58,880 nt of DNA from Catajapyx aquilonaris. Taxonomy: Eukaryota. The DNA lies in the NCBI GenBank assembly GCA_000934665.2, contig JYFJ02002743.1, positions 1-58,880 of the forward strand, read 5' to 3'. How positions within the stretch are numbered: position 1 is the first letter of the stretch; each line of letters starts with the position of its first letter. The notes beneath the pieces are model-generated. The model was given only the letters and a program-made list of their open reading frames with translations. It was not told the origin of the DNA and did no database searches. A program made the position numbers and the translations under genes. Below are positions 26,280 through 39,753 of the stretch, one piece after another.

Positions 26280-28019
26280 TATTAATTGATTTTATTAATT
26301 TCATTTTGTTAATACGAGTATATTTAATTTCATCATTTATTGCATCCGTCACAACACACTACGGCATTTAATCATATTAGCCTACTATAGTTCATTTATT
26401 TTTTCATATCACTTTTGTACCTCAATTTATTTAAATTTAACTATGTTTAATGATTAATGTAACACATTATACGTGATATGTGCTATTTAAATAATTATTG
26501 TAATCTTATGAAAATTATTGCATTACGTCTATTTTAATTAAATTCGTTTCATACATGTAAGTGTATTTCATTAACTTTATTACTTATTTTCAATTGTTTA
26601 ATTTAATTATCTAATTAATTTCGTCATAATTATTTGCTTTATTTAATTTACAACTTATTTCATTTAATGACTTTAATTAGTTAGCTAATCAACTTGTATT
26701 TCTTGGCATTAACTGTTTGAAAGTAACTGCTAACAAGTTGCACCTACCGTAGTACGCATAAATAAATTAACCGGCCATTTCAACTTAGATGTGGCAACGT
26801 TGCTTCATGAGCAGCACGGCATGACGTCAGGAGTCACGTAACTCTCCTGATTGGCTTGTGATTATTGCCCCAAAGGTGGCGTAATTGAGGCGCAGAGGTC
26901 AGTCATTGCCACGCATTACGCACACATTCGTTTTAATAATAACTGTCCAGTGCCAGGAAAAGGACTCGCAGTTTAGCTGTAACCGACGTTACATGTGACA
27001 TGAGCTTATGAACTTTATGAGGGTAGGTTGATACACATCGCAATTGTGTGATCGCCGCCCTTTCCACCTCTTTTTTTTGATGTATTGCAGACCAGCATGA
27101 AGTTGTTGCTTTTTTGCCATTTTTGCAGGTGTTTGATCGATACATATATTGCGTAACCGCGTTTGCACTGCACCGACAGCTCATGTCATACTTACGCTCC
27201 CTTTTTTGATATATATAAACGTGTTACATAAAACTGCAACGCAACATCAAGGCTTGTGAACAAAACTGCACCATTACAGTGCTCGTTGCAAATATCGATC
27301 CAGATTTCAACTACTATAAAGTAGTTAAACTGCATCCAACATTTATTGTAAATTTTTCTGCGTACGGTACTTCCCCTGGCTCATTCACATCCGCACTAAT
27401 AGGACAGTAATGATAACACCACCATCATCAATGCATACAATCAGGTGCAATGTTGCCAGGTTTTAGCAAGGTAATTACTTTCGTCAACAATAATTAATAA
27501 TAATGTATCACAATTGCAATATGGCGTCATTACCGTATTTTTGAGGGGGTAAAATTCTTCAAAGTGATGTTTTGCCATACCCGGGATTTTGAAGCGCTTC
27601 CCTTTGGTACGGCACCACCTACCCAACCTACCTACATGGCGACAACGAACCAATTAGCCATCGCGACAAAGTTTGTCGCCACCTTTTTTTGCAAATCCCT
27701 TGCTGGTCTTCTGGGAAATCAGCGGGATCAGCCTTCGGGCCGCCAAATAATGACGTCATTTTCCATCGGAATTTTTGCAACCAAGTTTCGCACCATGAAT
27801 GGCCCACCTCCTCTCCACCAAAAAAAAAAAATCTGCAATCACCTAGTAACGCTTGATATTAACATCAGCTTCAAAAGAGAAGGGCTATAAAAAATTCAAT
27901 TTTCCAGACAACGCTTACAGGGTGTTTCATCCTCCAAATTTGAATAACATGAGAGGGTGGCACCCTTGGTGTGGCATAACGTACTTTTTGCACTTACTAT
28001 GCCTAAGTAGAGAGCAAAA

Positions 28020-28785
28020 CGCGGTCGAAACGCGGTCGAAAAATATTACATATCTACCGAAACGAATCGAAAACATACGGAAATGTATACCGACATCATA
28101 TCGAAAAGATTATGAAAAGATATCAAAATCATATTAATACGGATTAAAGTGATATCGAATGTACCAATCTCTTATCGAAAACATTTCGATCGCATTTCCA
28201 AATATATTGCTATGATATCAAAATGTACCGAATATCAAAATGTATCGAAATTATATCGATATGTATTGAATTGATATCGAATTCCCCCCAAGGCTTGTGC
28301 AGGCCATCGGGGTACGGTAAATAAATAATTTAAAAAAATGATATCGAAATTCACTGAAATCATATCGAAATGTACCTAAATGATATAGAAATGTATCGAT
28401 ATTATATCGATATGTATTGAATTGATATCGAAAAATATAGAAATGCACGTAAATGATATCGAAATGTACCTAAATGATATCGAAGTAATATCGAAATGAT
28501 ATCGAAGTAATATCGAAATGATATCGAAGTAATGTCTAGATTATATCGAAGTAATGTCGAGATTATATCGAAGTAATGTCGAGATTATATCGAAGTAATA
28601 TCGAGATGATATCGAGATGATATCGAGATAATATCGAGATAATATCGAAGTAATATCGACGTAATATCGAGATGATATCGAAGCAATGTCGAAATGCACC
28701 GAAATCATCGAAATCATTACGATACATTTCGATATGCTTTCGGCATGATTTTGGTACAATTCGATATCATTTCAATAAATTTCGA
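28020..28785. repeat. ATATCGA-core minisatellite (10-11-bp modules)
   Basis: gatatcgaaat / aatatcgaagt / tatcgagat modules. Confidence 0.85.
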
Positions 28786-29482
28786 ATTGGGGGTCATAGA
28801 AAAAGCTGCTCAATACGATGTGGTATACGACCCTGTAGGATGTTGGCAGCCCTGTTATTCGACCCCAATCTAAAGGAGCCCCAGCAGAAGTAGAGAGTGG
28901 CTGCACCATCTTTATCATTTTAAATTGGCTAATGAGAAGCAGATGTTGGGCTCTCTCGGTGCCCTGTCGCACCTCAAACTCCTCCGAACTTATCACTCGA
29001 CGAAGCGTCGCGACGCCTGGGACCACACCGAGAAAAGAGAAAGAGGAAGGGGTATAGGAGGGAGAGGATGGGTGTGGAGGGAGGGAGGGAGGGTAGAGAA
29101 AAGGGCGCCTCAACTTCTACAGAAAGGAGAGAGGGGTTGGGGTGGGAGGAGAAGAAGTCTTGAACCGCGCTAATTACGTATGCAGCTAATGAATTTTTCA
29201 GAGCCATCCCCGCCCAGCCCGTTTTGAAACAGTACGTGGCGTCTCTATAAAGAGAAAGAGAGAGAGAGAGAGAGACTGGAAAGTGCTAATGAACACGGTT
29301 CTAATTGCCACCCCCCAGCACCCTCGTCACGTCTCATTACCTCCAAGTGAACCTTCAATAATATTATGCCTACTGCATCGGTGGACATCGATGCCCAATT
29401 TCCACTCTTATTCACTCTCATAACAAGTCCGTTTCATGTTCTCGGGAAGTCTGTTGGCAGCCCTGCCGGTCACGTCATCATT

Positions 29483-30375
29483 GCGTGAAAGCAAATCGAA
29501 GATTAACATAATTGCAGATTTTTCTTTAATTGTCTCCAATACAACAGAGTGTTAGGGCCGCGGTCTTATCAACTAAAATTATGGAGGAAATTTGTGACGG
29601 ATTATGTACTGGATGCGCACATAATCGGTGATTTTTCTTAATTAGCTGTCATGCAATGGGCTAAGGTAAATCTCCAATTATGTATACATAGAGTACAAAA
29701 TCCGACACATTATCTTTATATAATTTGAGTTGAAACTGGTCCTAACACCCTGTTGTCTGGAAATTAAGAAAAATCTTCGATTAGGTCAGTTCTACCGAGG
29801 GTTCTACCTTCCGAATGTGATTGTGAAATTGTTATCTTAGAATGTTATTCTTTAAAATACGTTAATCTCCATATTCTGTTAACTTTCGATTAGGTTAATC
29901 TTCGACTATGTTAACTTTCGATTAGGTTAGTCTTCGACTATGTTAACCTTCGATTATATTAATGTGCGATTGTGTTAACCTGCGATTACGCTTAATCTTC
30001 GATTATGTAATCTTCGAATGTTAATCTCAGATTATGTAATCTTCGAATGTTATTTTTGAATACGGTAATCTCAGGTTGTTAACTATAGATTATGTAAATC
30101 TTCGATTATGTGATATCCGTAGATTATATAAATAGTGTGCGGCTGTGTTAGGCTGCGACTACGTTTAATGTTCGAATGTTAACCTTAGATTATGTCATAT
30201 TCGAATGTTAATCTTAGATTATGCCATTTTCGAATATGCTATTATTTTGTAAATAAGTTAATCTCAGACCATGTATAAGTTTTCGAGTATGTCAATCTTC
30301 ATGTTACGCTACGATTGTGTTAACCTCTGATTATGCTAACCTGCGATTACGTTTAATCTTCGATCAAGTACACGC
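29483..30375. mobile_element. Foldback/MITE-like element with one-sided 20-bp minisatellite expansion (29870-30365)
   Basis: Termini gcgtg..atcgaagattaac / gtttaatcttcgat..cacgc; inner IR caacagagtgttaggg / tcctaacaccctgttg; unit ttaatcttcgattatg. Confidence 0.65.
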
Positions 30376-31642
30376 CAATTTTGCAAACTCCAGCTGATGT
30401 GCCGGCCAAACCCTATTTAATCCTCGAGTCACATTACTCTTGAACAAACGTTACTTGACAAAACCTGCGTGTATTCCCAACACATAATGAGAGATTTTCC
30501 GCTTAATTCGAGTTGATAAAATCAGTCCAGTGTACACGAAACCTCTGGGTTGACATAGAGCAGCAGAGACTCGAGCCTGGAGCCCTGTATGCAAAGAACG
30601 TGAGATAGTGAAGAAGAAGAAAAAAAAAGAAAGAGAAAGAAGAGGTGTTTGAGTAAGCCAGGTTGTGAAATTCCGCAGCCCCATTAGAGAAACTCGGCGC
30701 GGAGTGTGTTGAGAACACTGCTTTATAGGGATGAGGGAGGGAAGGAGGGAGGTTGTTTCCTCAGCCTCCCCTGGAAGGGCTTTTAGGGACTCAGGACGTG
30801 ATCAGGAATAGAAATCCAAAACTTGTACTCTCTCTGCCACACCAGTGTACACATGTATATGCCCCACGCCATCCCTTAACAAAAACTTGGCAACACTAGC
30901 CCCCGAATGTCCATGAAGTACCATACTCCTGGCGCCACTTTCAGGGTAGGGCTAGTGGTAGTGGTACTGTATGCACTAACTCTCTCTAAACTGTCTCGCT
31001 CCTCCACCCCGACTCCAGCCACTTCGCCGCGTAGTAAACATCATCCGTTCTACACATAAGTTTCTCTCTCTCTCTCTCTCTCAATTACATTATTTTTCCC
31101 CGTCGTACCATCCCCTTAGGTGATGAATTTTGATGAAACTCTCGAGGGTTAACCCAAAAAATGAGCTTCATAAAGATGAGGGATTGTCCACCACTGTCTC
31201 TCAACCATGCTGTAAAAATTATTTCCGTCTCTCGGCGAGTGTTGTTTGCTCCAGCACATTTTTAATTCATAGAACCGAGCTGGTGACCTACTGTCTATAG
31301 CGACTATTATGTTCGGTCTACAGTATTACCACCTATAGAAATGTCTACAGCCCCGATGGGATTTGAAGGGAAAGAAAAAAAGGGTATATGTGGCTATAGC
31401 ACACACACACACTATAAGTACTGTACACGTAACCTCCGCTGCAATCAGTTTGGATCTACAGGCCCTTCCATAAGTGATTCATGGCTTGCACTGCACGTGA
31501 CCCCATTTTTCTTTAGTTTTTTAAAAATTAATTTGATTACAGACCAGTGTACTAGACCCAAAGGGAAGGTCATAAATCGCACATTGATTTCGCGGGAAAA
31601 TATTCAAGCAGCTCATTCGGCAGCCTATTATGCTCTCAGGAC

Positions 31643-32820
31643 TTCAACCGCTTCCAGAATACATTTTCCCGCCGGAAAAGAGCATGAAAAATTATTTTTT
31701 ATGAAATTCTCTGGCCATATTTCGGACAAGAAAAATATTTTCCTGTAAAAAAAAATAATCCAGAAAGTTTCTCCAGAAAACATTGTCCTGCTGAAAAACA
31801 AGCGGAAAAGTTTGCACCTCTGAATGCTACACTTTTGGAGCTTTTTCCTGCCGGATAATCTTTCCTGGAAGAACTTTTTGGAGAACTTTCCGAAGAAAAC
31901 TTAACTTTTCTGGCCCTTTCCGGACAGAAAATGTTTTCTTATGACAGTTCTCCGGAAAGTTTCTCCATGAAACATTTCCACGCTGGGAAACAGCTCGAAA
32001 AGTGTATAATATTCAATGTTTCAAACTTCCCTGGTTTGTTTTCCAACCCTAAAATATTTCCTGGAGAAACATTCCGGAGAAATCCCACAAGAAAACATTT
32101 TCCAACCGGAAAACAGCCAGTAAAGTTTGCTGTCAATTGTGACAGCATCAAATACTGACCTTTTCTGGGTGTTTTCCGGCTGGATAATGTTTTATTGTGA
32201 GAGTTCTTCGAAACGTTTCTCCAGTAAATATTTCCAAGCTGAAGAAACATCTCTAAAAGTGTAGTATTCGATGCCTCTAACATTTCCTGGTTGTTTTCCA
32301 GCCGAAAAATGTTTCCTGGAGAATCATTCTAGAGAGCTTTCAGAAAAAATATTATCCGGCCGGAATACAGCCCCGAAAATAATGTTCAATGCTCACAACA
32401 AATTTCCGGCTCTTTTCCGGCCGGAACATGTTTTCTTCCGAAATTTATCCAGAATGTTTCTCCAGGAAATATATTCCGGCCGGAAAAATAGCCGGAAATG
32501 TGTTCAGTATATAATCCTCATAATACTTTTCCGGCTCTCTTCCGGCCGGAAAATGTTTTCTTCCGAAATTTATCCAGAATGTTTCTCCAGGAAATATATT
32601 CCGGCCGGAAAAACAGCCGGAAAAGTGTTCAGTATTTAATCCTCACAACACTTTTCCGGCTCTTTTCCGACCGGAAAATGTTTTCTCCCGAAATTTCTCC
32701 AGAATGTTTCTCCCGGAAATATATTCCGGCCGGAAAAACAGCCGGAAAGGTATTCAGTACATAATCCTCACGACACTTTTCCGGCCGGAAAATGTTTCCT
32801 GGAGGTGATGCAACCGGACT
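31643..32820. repeat. TTTTCCGGCCGGAAAA satellite (125-bp unit at 32403-32790) bounded by Harbinger-like ends
   Basis: tttccggctc at 32403, 32528, 32653; right end ggtgatgcaaccggact; left ttccagaatacattttcccgccggaaaag is its inverted counterpart. Confidence 0.8.
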
Positions 32821-33600
32821 TTAAAGGCAAAAAAGAAATGTATGTTACAATGGGCGTCCATTGTTTACCCCTCAGCAATCCAGTTTAATGATATGCAACA
32901 ATCCGGAGACAATTTTCGTAGCTTTTTCTTTTAATGTGGTTGCTGGAGGCGACAACTGACTACACCACCCTGTAGCACACTGCCAATATAAGAATGGCGC
33001 CCATATCCTGTCCAAGGTTCTTTCTCTGACTTCTCTCCCACCGGCCATGAAAGTCAGGGAGTGACGTTATCGCTTCAAGACGAACGTTCTTTTTTTGGGG
33101 GGGTTCGAACGGAAAAGAAGAGCTTTGAAGAAGCACACCCAAAAAAAGTGTGTTAAGCGTTATTCCCTGGAGTTGGTTCGAATCGTGAGAAATGGCGCCT
33201 AATGACCAGGGGGGGGGGCCCTCGGAGTGTGGTCAAGCCATGAGGACTTCTTAGCCTTAATACGGACCAGGCCGCAGGAGACCCCTCAAAAGATGGCCGG
33301 CAAACTTTAGCTGGAGGAGAAGTTGGCCAAGTTCAGGAAGTGGCCGGAGGGGGAGGGTTTGGAACGGAAGGGGGTTAAAATGCGGTTGGTTTCCTACCAA
33401 GAAGCTGTAGAGGAGCAAGTGGTTCACCACACTTCTCTAGACGGGGAATAGTCAAGGAGAGACCAGCATTATGCGAATACCTACCGGGTAATTGGAGATT
33501 AACACTACTTTGCGTTCATGACCACTGGACTGGCAAGGAATGCAAATGGCGACCTTTACACCATCATTGCTGCTCATCAAGGTAGTTGCGATGGGCTACC

Positions 33601-33759
33601 CTTTCATATCGGGAGATCCCGCACTTTTACCTACTTTCCTAGGCGTGTTTCCGATGAAGGATAGGGGTGGCGGATCCGATGGGAAGGAATAAGGTTAGGT
33701 CATGGAATAGGTTTGTGCAGCGTAGTACCACTGCCACATTCGGTCTCCCGATATGAAAG
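33601..33759. mobile_element. Small TIR element remnant
   Basis: 16-bp perfect IR ctttcatatcgggaga / tctcccgatatgaaag; TSD not evident. Confidence 0.55.
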
Positions 33760-33789
33760 TTCTTCTGTTGCCATCACTGACATTGCTCA

Positions 33790-34780
33790 TAAAATAGCAG
33801 CGATCTCCGTTATTGGTGATAAACGTAGCAGTTATTAAAGTTACAGCCATTGAAGTAGTAGTTATTGCTTTCATCGCTGTTTAAAGTAGCAGTGGTCGCT
33901 GTTAGAGTGGTTGGAAAGTAACAGTGATCGCCTTCATTTGTGTAGAATAGCAGTTATTGAAGTTAACGTTATTAAGGTAGCAGTTATTGCATTCGTCACT
34001 GTTTAAAGTAGCAGTGATCTCTATTAGAGTGGTTGGAAAGTAACAGTGATCGCCTTCATTTGTGTAGAATAGCAGTTATTAAAGTTAAAGTTATTAACGT
34101 AGCAGTTATTTCATTCGTCACTGTTTAAAGTAGCAGTGATTGCTATTAGAGTGGTTGGAAAGTAACAGCGATCGCCATGATTTGTGTTAAAAGTAGCAGT
34201 TACTAACAATAGATGTTAAAATGCCAATAACTGAAGTTGTCACTGTTTCAGTATCAGTTATTGCAGTCGTAACTATTTTAAAGCGGCTATTAAAGCTAGC
34301 AGTGGTCGCTATTAGAGTGGTTGGAAAGTAGCAGTGATCACCGTCATTTGTGTACAATAGTAGTTATTGAAGTCATCGTTATTAAGGTAGCAGTTATTGC
34401 ATTCGTCACTGTTTAAAGTAGCAGTGATCGCTATTAGAGTGGTTGGAACGTAACAGTTATCGTCATTATTTGTGTTAAAAGTAGCAGTTACTATAAGCAT
34501 AGATGTTAAAATGCCAGTAACTGAAGTTGTCACTGTTTCAGTATCAGTTATTGCAGTCGTAACTATTAAAGATTTAGGGTTTATTTTTCGCTGTTAAAAG
34601 TAGCACGGCTATTTGGTGCTGAAAAGTTGCAGTGATTGTTCGAATGTAGCAGTGATAGCTATTAGAAAGGTTGATAAGTATCAGGTTTCGACGATATTGG
34701 TGTTAAAAGTATCAGCTATTGGAGTTATCGCTGTTAGAGAGTATCGGTTATTACTTTTCATGCCGCTAAAAGTAGCAGTG
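33790..34780. repeat. gtagcagttatt satellite with 122-bp and 288-bp higher-order periods
   Basis: ttagagtggttggaa at 33902, 34024, 34146, 34312, 34434. Confidence 0.85.
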
Positions 34781-35569
34781 ATCCCACCCCCCAAAAAATG
34801 TATCGAAATTCTTCACTGCAAAACGAGCTGTGAGTAGGACAATGCTCGTAACAGTCTCCCAGTAAATTGTGAGGGGGAATATGAGTGACAGTGTTCCGCT
34901 AGCGGATCAATAGCTGAATATTAATCGGGTAAGACTTTCCATCAATGCCGCCGGTTGGACGGATATGATTGGATGAAAGGGGGGGGATAGAGAAAGGCGC
35001 CGTCGCGACGACCTCTCTCCCTCTCCCTTCTTCGCAAACTATTATGACTCCAAACAAGGCTTCCCCACATGATTGCATTAACTTGTCTCCGGCAGCAAAA
35101 CCTATTTAATATCCCCCCTCCCCCAAGCCCCCTTAAATAGCCTAATCACCCGAATATTATTTGGTCGGTACTCGTCGGGTCATAAAGTTCCGGACACTCC
35201 AAGCTCCCAGTATAGTTGTCGGAGCCACATGCCAGGTTGTATGTGTGCCTCTCTCTCCAGGTAAGCGCTTTTCTACCCCGAGTCCCTCCCACCTGCAAAC
35301 GAGCTGCTTATTGTTTAAGTTTCGCCTTGGGGGAAACCAAATTAGAGAGGCAAGGCAGGCAGGCGGGCAAGGCAGGCCTTGCCTCCAGAAGTCGATTCCT
35401 CCTCTTGGCTGTTCCATTTCTCCAGCTGCCTCCAGTCAACATGGCAGCTACAGGGTCAGGACACCCTCTTCATCATTTTAAACCAGTCATATTATCTCAC
35501 ACATAAAGCCCTGGGGTAAAAGTTCCCTTCTACAAGTAGAAGAAATGCCCCCAAAAAATCCAATAACCT

Positions 35570-35930
35570 AATATTAGCAGCTAGTACTTTATTAGTCAAA
35601 GTAGCTGATTAAAATAAGGAGCTTATAGCCAAAGTAGCAGCTAGTATTCTTGTTAGCCACTCAAACTACTCAACAGTAGCTGTTTAAAATAATCAGCTGA
35701 TGCCAAGGCAACTAACATTAGCAGCAAGTATGTTTGTCAGCCAAACTATTCAAGTAGCTACTTAAAATAAGGCGCTTATAGCCAATACAGCTAATTTGGT
35801 ATAAGCAGCTCGTTTCAGCGACTTAAAGTAGCTGCTTAGTGCCAAAATAGCTACGCCAATATTATAGCTATTAAAAGTAGCTAGGTAGCGTAACTGATTA
35901 AAATATGTAGCAGTGCTCCAAAATAGCTCT
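35570..35930. repeat. Degenerate tagcagcta low-complexity array
   Basis: Recurrent aagtagctg / tagcagctag modules. Confidence 0.55.
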
Positions 35931-35954
35931 AAGAGAACGCACGGTTATGTACAG

Positions 35955-36090
35955 CTCGCAGGGGACCTGTTCTTCGCACGGTGATTGACAAAATATTCAA
36001 TGTGACATAATTTCCGCACACGAGACACTCCGGAAGTGGGTTAGGTAGCCGCGACATACATAAATGCCAACAAACTTCCTGCTTGATATA
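35955..36090 (-). mobile_element. Short non-autonomous Helitron, related to 42608-43017
   Basis: Reverse complement shares aagtttgt..tatgtatgt..ggctacctaacccacttcc and a 3' ccgtgcgaagaacagg hairpin; 5' end abuts a family B MITE. Confidence 0.6.
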
Positions 36091-36297
36091 CAGGGTGGTC
36101 CAAGTTCAAGTGTCGTTTTATAACGGCGATTAATAGCAGTGATTTTGCGATGACGTGGCAGCGACGCGTAAAATGTCCCACTTCGGCGCATCTTCGGCGC
36201 AATCGAAGTGGGCAATTTTACACGTCGCTGCTACGTCATCGTTAAGCGCTTCTATTAATCGCCGTTATAAAACGACACTTGAACTTGGACCACCCCG
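36091..36297. mobile_element. Hairpin MITE, family B copy 3
   Basis: Same TIRs as 16996-17203, TA TSD, opposite orientation. Confidence 0.95.
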
Positions 36298-37050
36298 TAT
36301 TATGCACTTGGCAAGATATTGTTGCTTCTAGTTCATTGTTATACACGTCCATACCAACTGTGTAATTATTACACCAATTGTTGGCTCAACAATGCCAGCG
36401 AACACAGATGAATCGATCACAAATCATCTGCCTCTGGTGTGAATGGCCCTAAAGTAGTCCCACTGGTCCTAAAATCGTTGGCGTTTGAACCAGTGTTACC
36501 AGATGATGTTCCTAAAATCCCAGGTTTTTCAGGTTACATCTGGCACCCCCGGAGGTTACAACCCCCCCCCCCCCCAAAAAAAAAAGTGTTGGCGCAAACA
36601 TGCGGTTTCAGGTGGAATGGGATTGGAGTGGTCAAGTCCATCCCCACCCCAGCAGCCGCAGAGGACCCCTGCTCTGCTGACCCCCCTCTCTCTCCCTTTG
36701 CAAGATCGATATACTCGCAGCTAATTCCGGCTGACCTCTTGACCTCACCGCCACTTCATCACTCCCCCTTCCCGCATCTGGACACCCCTGGTCCTATCTA
36801 TTCATAGACACACAAAGACGGCTTCAAAAGCATCTTGACACATCTCTGGGGTGGGCCTCTCCACACACAAGAGAGGTCCGCAAATCTGCATTTGTAGGGA
36901 GGGGGGGTGGTAGGTGGGGGTTAAGTTACCCCCGCTTGACAAGGGTGTATTTGTCAAGTGGAGTAAGCGTGCGTGAAAGGAGACGCGCTACTTGAATGGG
37001 CCACGTCACAATCAGCAACAAATAGTAGCGCCCTACATTTTTGTTTTTCA

Positions 37051-37385
37051 AAACAAGATCGGCAAATCATACGAGCTGGATTCGAGTAGACTTTTTCTCA
37101 TTGAGCAGCGGGAAATGTGGTTGACAACTTTATTACTTATGTGATGAGATTTTAACTGGACAACAATGACGTAGAGAATGTTGTCAGTCTCATTTCCAGT
37201 TGACATTTGCGGATATAGAGTGAACCCGGAAAACCGGAAGTTGACCATGAACGTTCTCGTATTTAGGCTCCGCTGAATCCTAATCCGAAAGCCGTTTTCC
37301 GAGGCGGTTTAAGCCCTGATACCGGTCCACAGACAGAGGGACGGACGTAGAACCGGGTTTTTTCCGAAGAGGAAAAGTGTAAAAA
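37051..37385 (-). mobile_element. DINE-1-like HINE, copy 2
   Basis: Reverse-complement homolog of 3386-3818 (aaacaagatcggcaaatca..cacagacagagggacggacg..aaaagtgtaaaa). Confidence 0.6.
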
Positions 37386-38475
37386 GTGCAGATGTGACTT
37401 TTTCTCTAAGTACGACAGGTGCAGATACGACGTTTTTCCGAGGTACGGCCGATTTGACCTCATTCGTCATTTGCTTCGAAAAACTAATGAGTAGGCCAGT
37501 TCCGGACCTGGTCCAGCTTCCAGAAACGAGTCCAAATTCAGGTCCCGATTCCTTCAGCCCCCCCCCCCCCNCCCCCCCAAAAAAAAAACATGTGAGGGCA
37601 AAGTACGCCCGCTTTAACGACACTAGTCATTTTCTTTGAGAGGTTTCCGGGTCCGGACCGGGTCTAGCTTCCAAAAATCAAGCCTAAAATAATTCCTTCA
37701 ATTTTCAAAACAAAGCACAAGTGAGGGGGGCATAAAGCATTTCGTGCAGATAGGTCGTTTTTCCAATGTACGGCCGATTTGACCTCACCCGTCACTGATT
37801 TTGATAATCTATTGAGTAGACCTGGTCCGGACCGGATCCAGCTCCTCAAAACGAGCCCAAAATCAGGTCTGGACAACTTAAGATTTTCCAAAAAATGCAC
37901 AGATGATGGGTAAATAAACTTCGTGCAGATAGGATGTTTTCGCAAATGACGGCCGATTTGACCACACTCGTCATTTACTTGGCAATTTAGCAAGTAGACC
38001 TGATCCGGACCGGGTCCAGCTTCCCAAGCAGCCCAAAATCGTGTCCAAATTCCTATCATTCTTTCAATTTCCACAAAAAAAGTACAGGTGAGGGGTACGT
38101 AAACTTCGTGCGGATAGGATGTTTTTCCATAGTATTGCCGATTTGACCATGATTCGTCATGTACTTTGAAAATTCAGTATGTAAACCCGGACCGAATAGG
38201 ATCCAGCTTCCCAAATCAAACCCAAAATCAGCTCTAGATTTCTTCAATTTCCACAAAAAAAAGCACAAGTACACTTTGGGGAGATGTGACTTTTTGGATT
38301 AGTACGCCAGGTGCAGATACGACGTTTTTCCAAAGTGCGATCGATTTTTCATTTTCTTTGGAAATCTAGCAAGTAGACCTGATCCGGACCGGGTCCAGCT
38401 TGCCTACCAGCCAAAAATCAGGTCCGAATTCCTTCGATCCCCCCCCCCTCCCCCCAAAAAAGGCACAGATGAGGG
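37386..38475. repeat. Degenerate tandem repeat, unit about 175-180 bp
   Basis: Recurrent tcgtgcagatag, ggccgatttgacc and ccggaccgggtccagcttcc modules. Confidence 0.75.
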
Positions 38476-39542
38476 CTAGGCCCTTCTAGTAGAGAGACCG
38501 GGTAGGAAAAAGGGGCACCTTGCAACGATTTCCAATACACACTAGCTAGCAGGAGGTTAGTAGGACTGTGCTGGAACTTCCAGCCCACAGACTTTTTCCT
38601 TCCTTTTTTTTGTACCAAGCAGAAGCTGGAAGATGGCCTGGAGGCACACACCCCGCAATCTCCAAAAAGCCAGAAGAAGAAGAAGACGAAGAAAATATTA
38701 CCCACGGAGGAGGAAGAAGGAAACAGCAAGGGAGCCAAGTCATTCCCACAGATTTTCGGGTTGTTCACTCCAGCAACTGGTTTGGTCAGTTCCGGATGTT
38801 AAAATGACAGCCTGTCCGTATACAGATGATAAGTGCAAAAATTATAAAGTGTCGAATTATTTTTAGACCCGAATATTCCGGCGGGGGGGGGGGGGTCCAA
38901 AAATCAAGTTGAATTGCCTGTTGTTGTTTTTTAAATCCGGTGAGTGGCATTTCCAATAACATAATCAGGAGCGCTGTAATTAACAGCGATTGAAACTTAA
39001 TCAGCCCAAAACGAGCTCTAATTTCCACCATTTTAGCTATTTTTTTTAAAAAAAGTGTGACAGCACCCTGCTATAGTTGAAGCCAATCGTACTTGATTGC
39101 ATTTGCTTGACAGCAGGGTTGCCACTTACGAGCAGGGATACCAACGTAATAATGGCACATGGGGAAAAAATGTAAAAATGGCAAACAGTTGACGCCGGAT
39201 ATAACATACTTCAAGGGACAGCGGAAACAAGTCTGTTATAACCGAGGTCTGTTACAGCCAAATCGCCACTTTTGCAACGAAAAGGTTTCTGCTTTCCACT
39301 ATTTCACTAATTAATATACCATACTGATTAATGATGGGTGACCGCAACAAGTACTGTTCATCGCATGGCCATGCCAGGCAAGGTCCATCGCATTTGCCAG
39401 AGGATTTTAATTGTGGGCGCTTATGGTACGCCAACAATGCTGTTCGTCTTGTGCGCCCGCAGGACAACGAACGTTATCGTGGCTTTGTCAATTTGCCATG
39501 GATACCCTTGCCATTCTTTTTACCTAAATTCACCAGGGCGAC

Positions 39543-39753
39543 CTTCTGAGGTCCCGAGTTCGATCCACGGGTCGGATGGAGGATACTTATGTGGATAGAG
39601 TTTCGATGTGTTCTCTCCGTGTTAGCGTGGGTTTTCTCGGGGTTCTCCCGTTTCCTCCCACTATCAAAATCCATCACAGCGCAGGCAATGATTAAAGTCA
39701 ATCAATTACAAGATGATCCCTAAGAGGCCCAGCAATAAGCCTATCCATTATTA
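39543..39753 (+). mobile_element. SINE-A, 5'-truncated copy (lacks A box)
   Basis: Closely matches 7465-7685 from aggtcccgagttcgatcc to tatccattatt. Confidence 0.85.

Noticed and set aside
29245..29278. TATAAA followed by (GA)n as a plus-strand promoter
   Set aside because: No Inr at the expected spacing and no exon downstream
32967..32980. accctgtag miR-10-like seed (also 28830)
   Set aside because: Rest of the mature sequence and the hairpin are absent
264..37571. Single N bases at 264, 13862 and 37571
   Set aside because: All lie in G/C homopolymers; sequencing ambiguity
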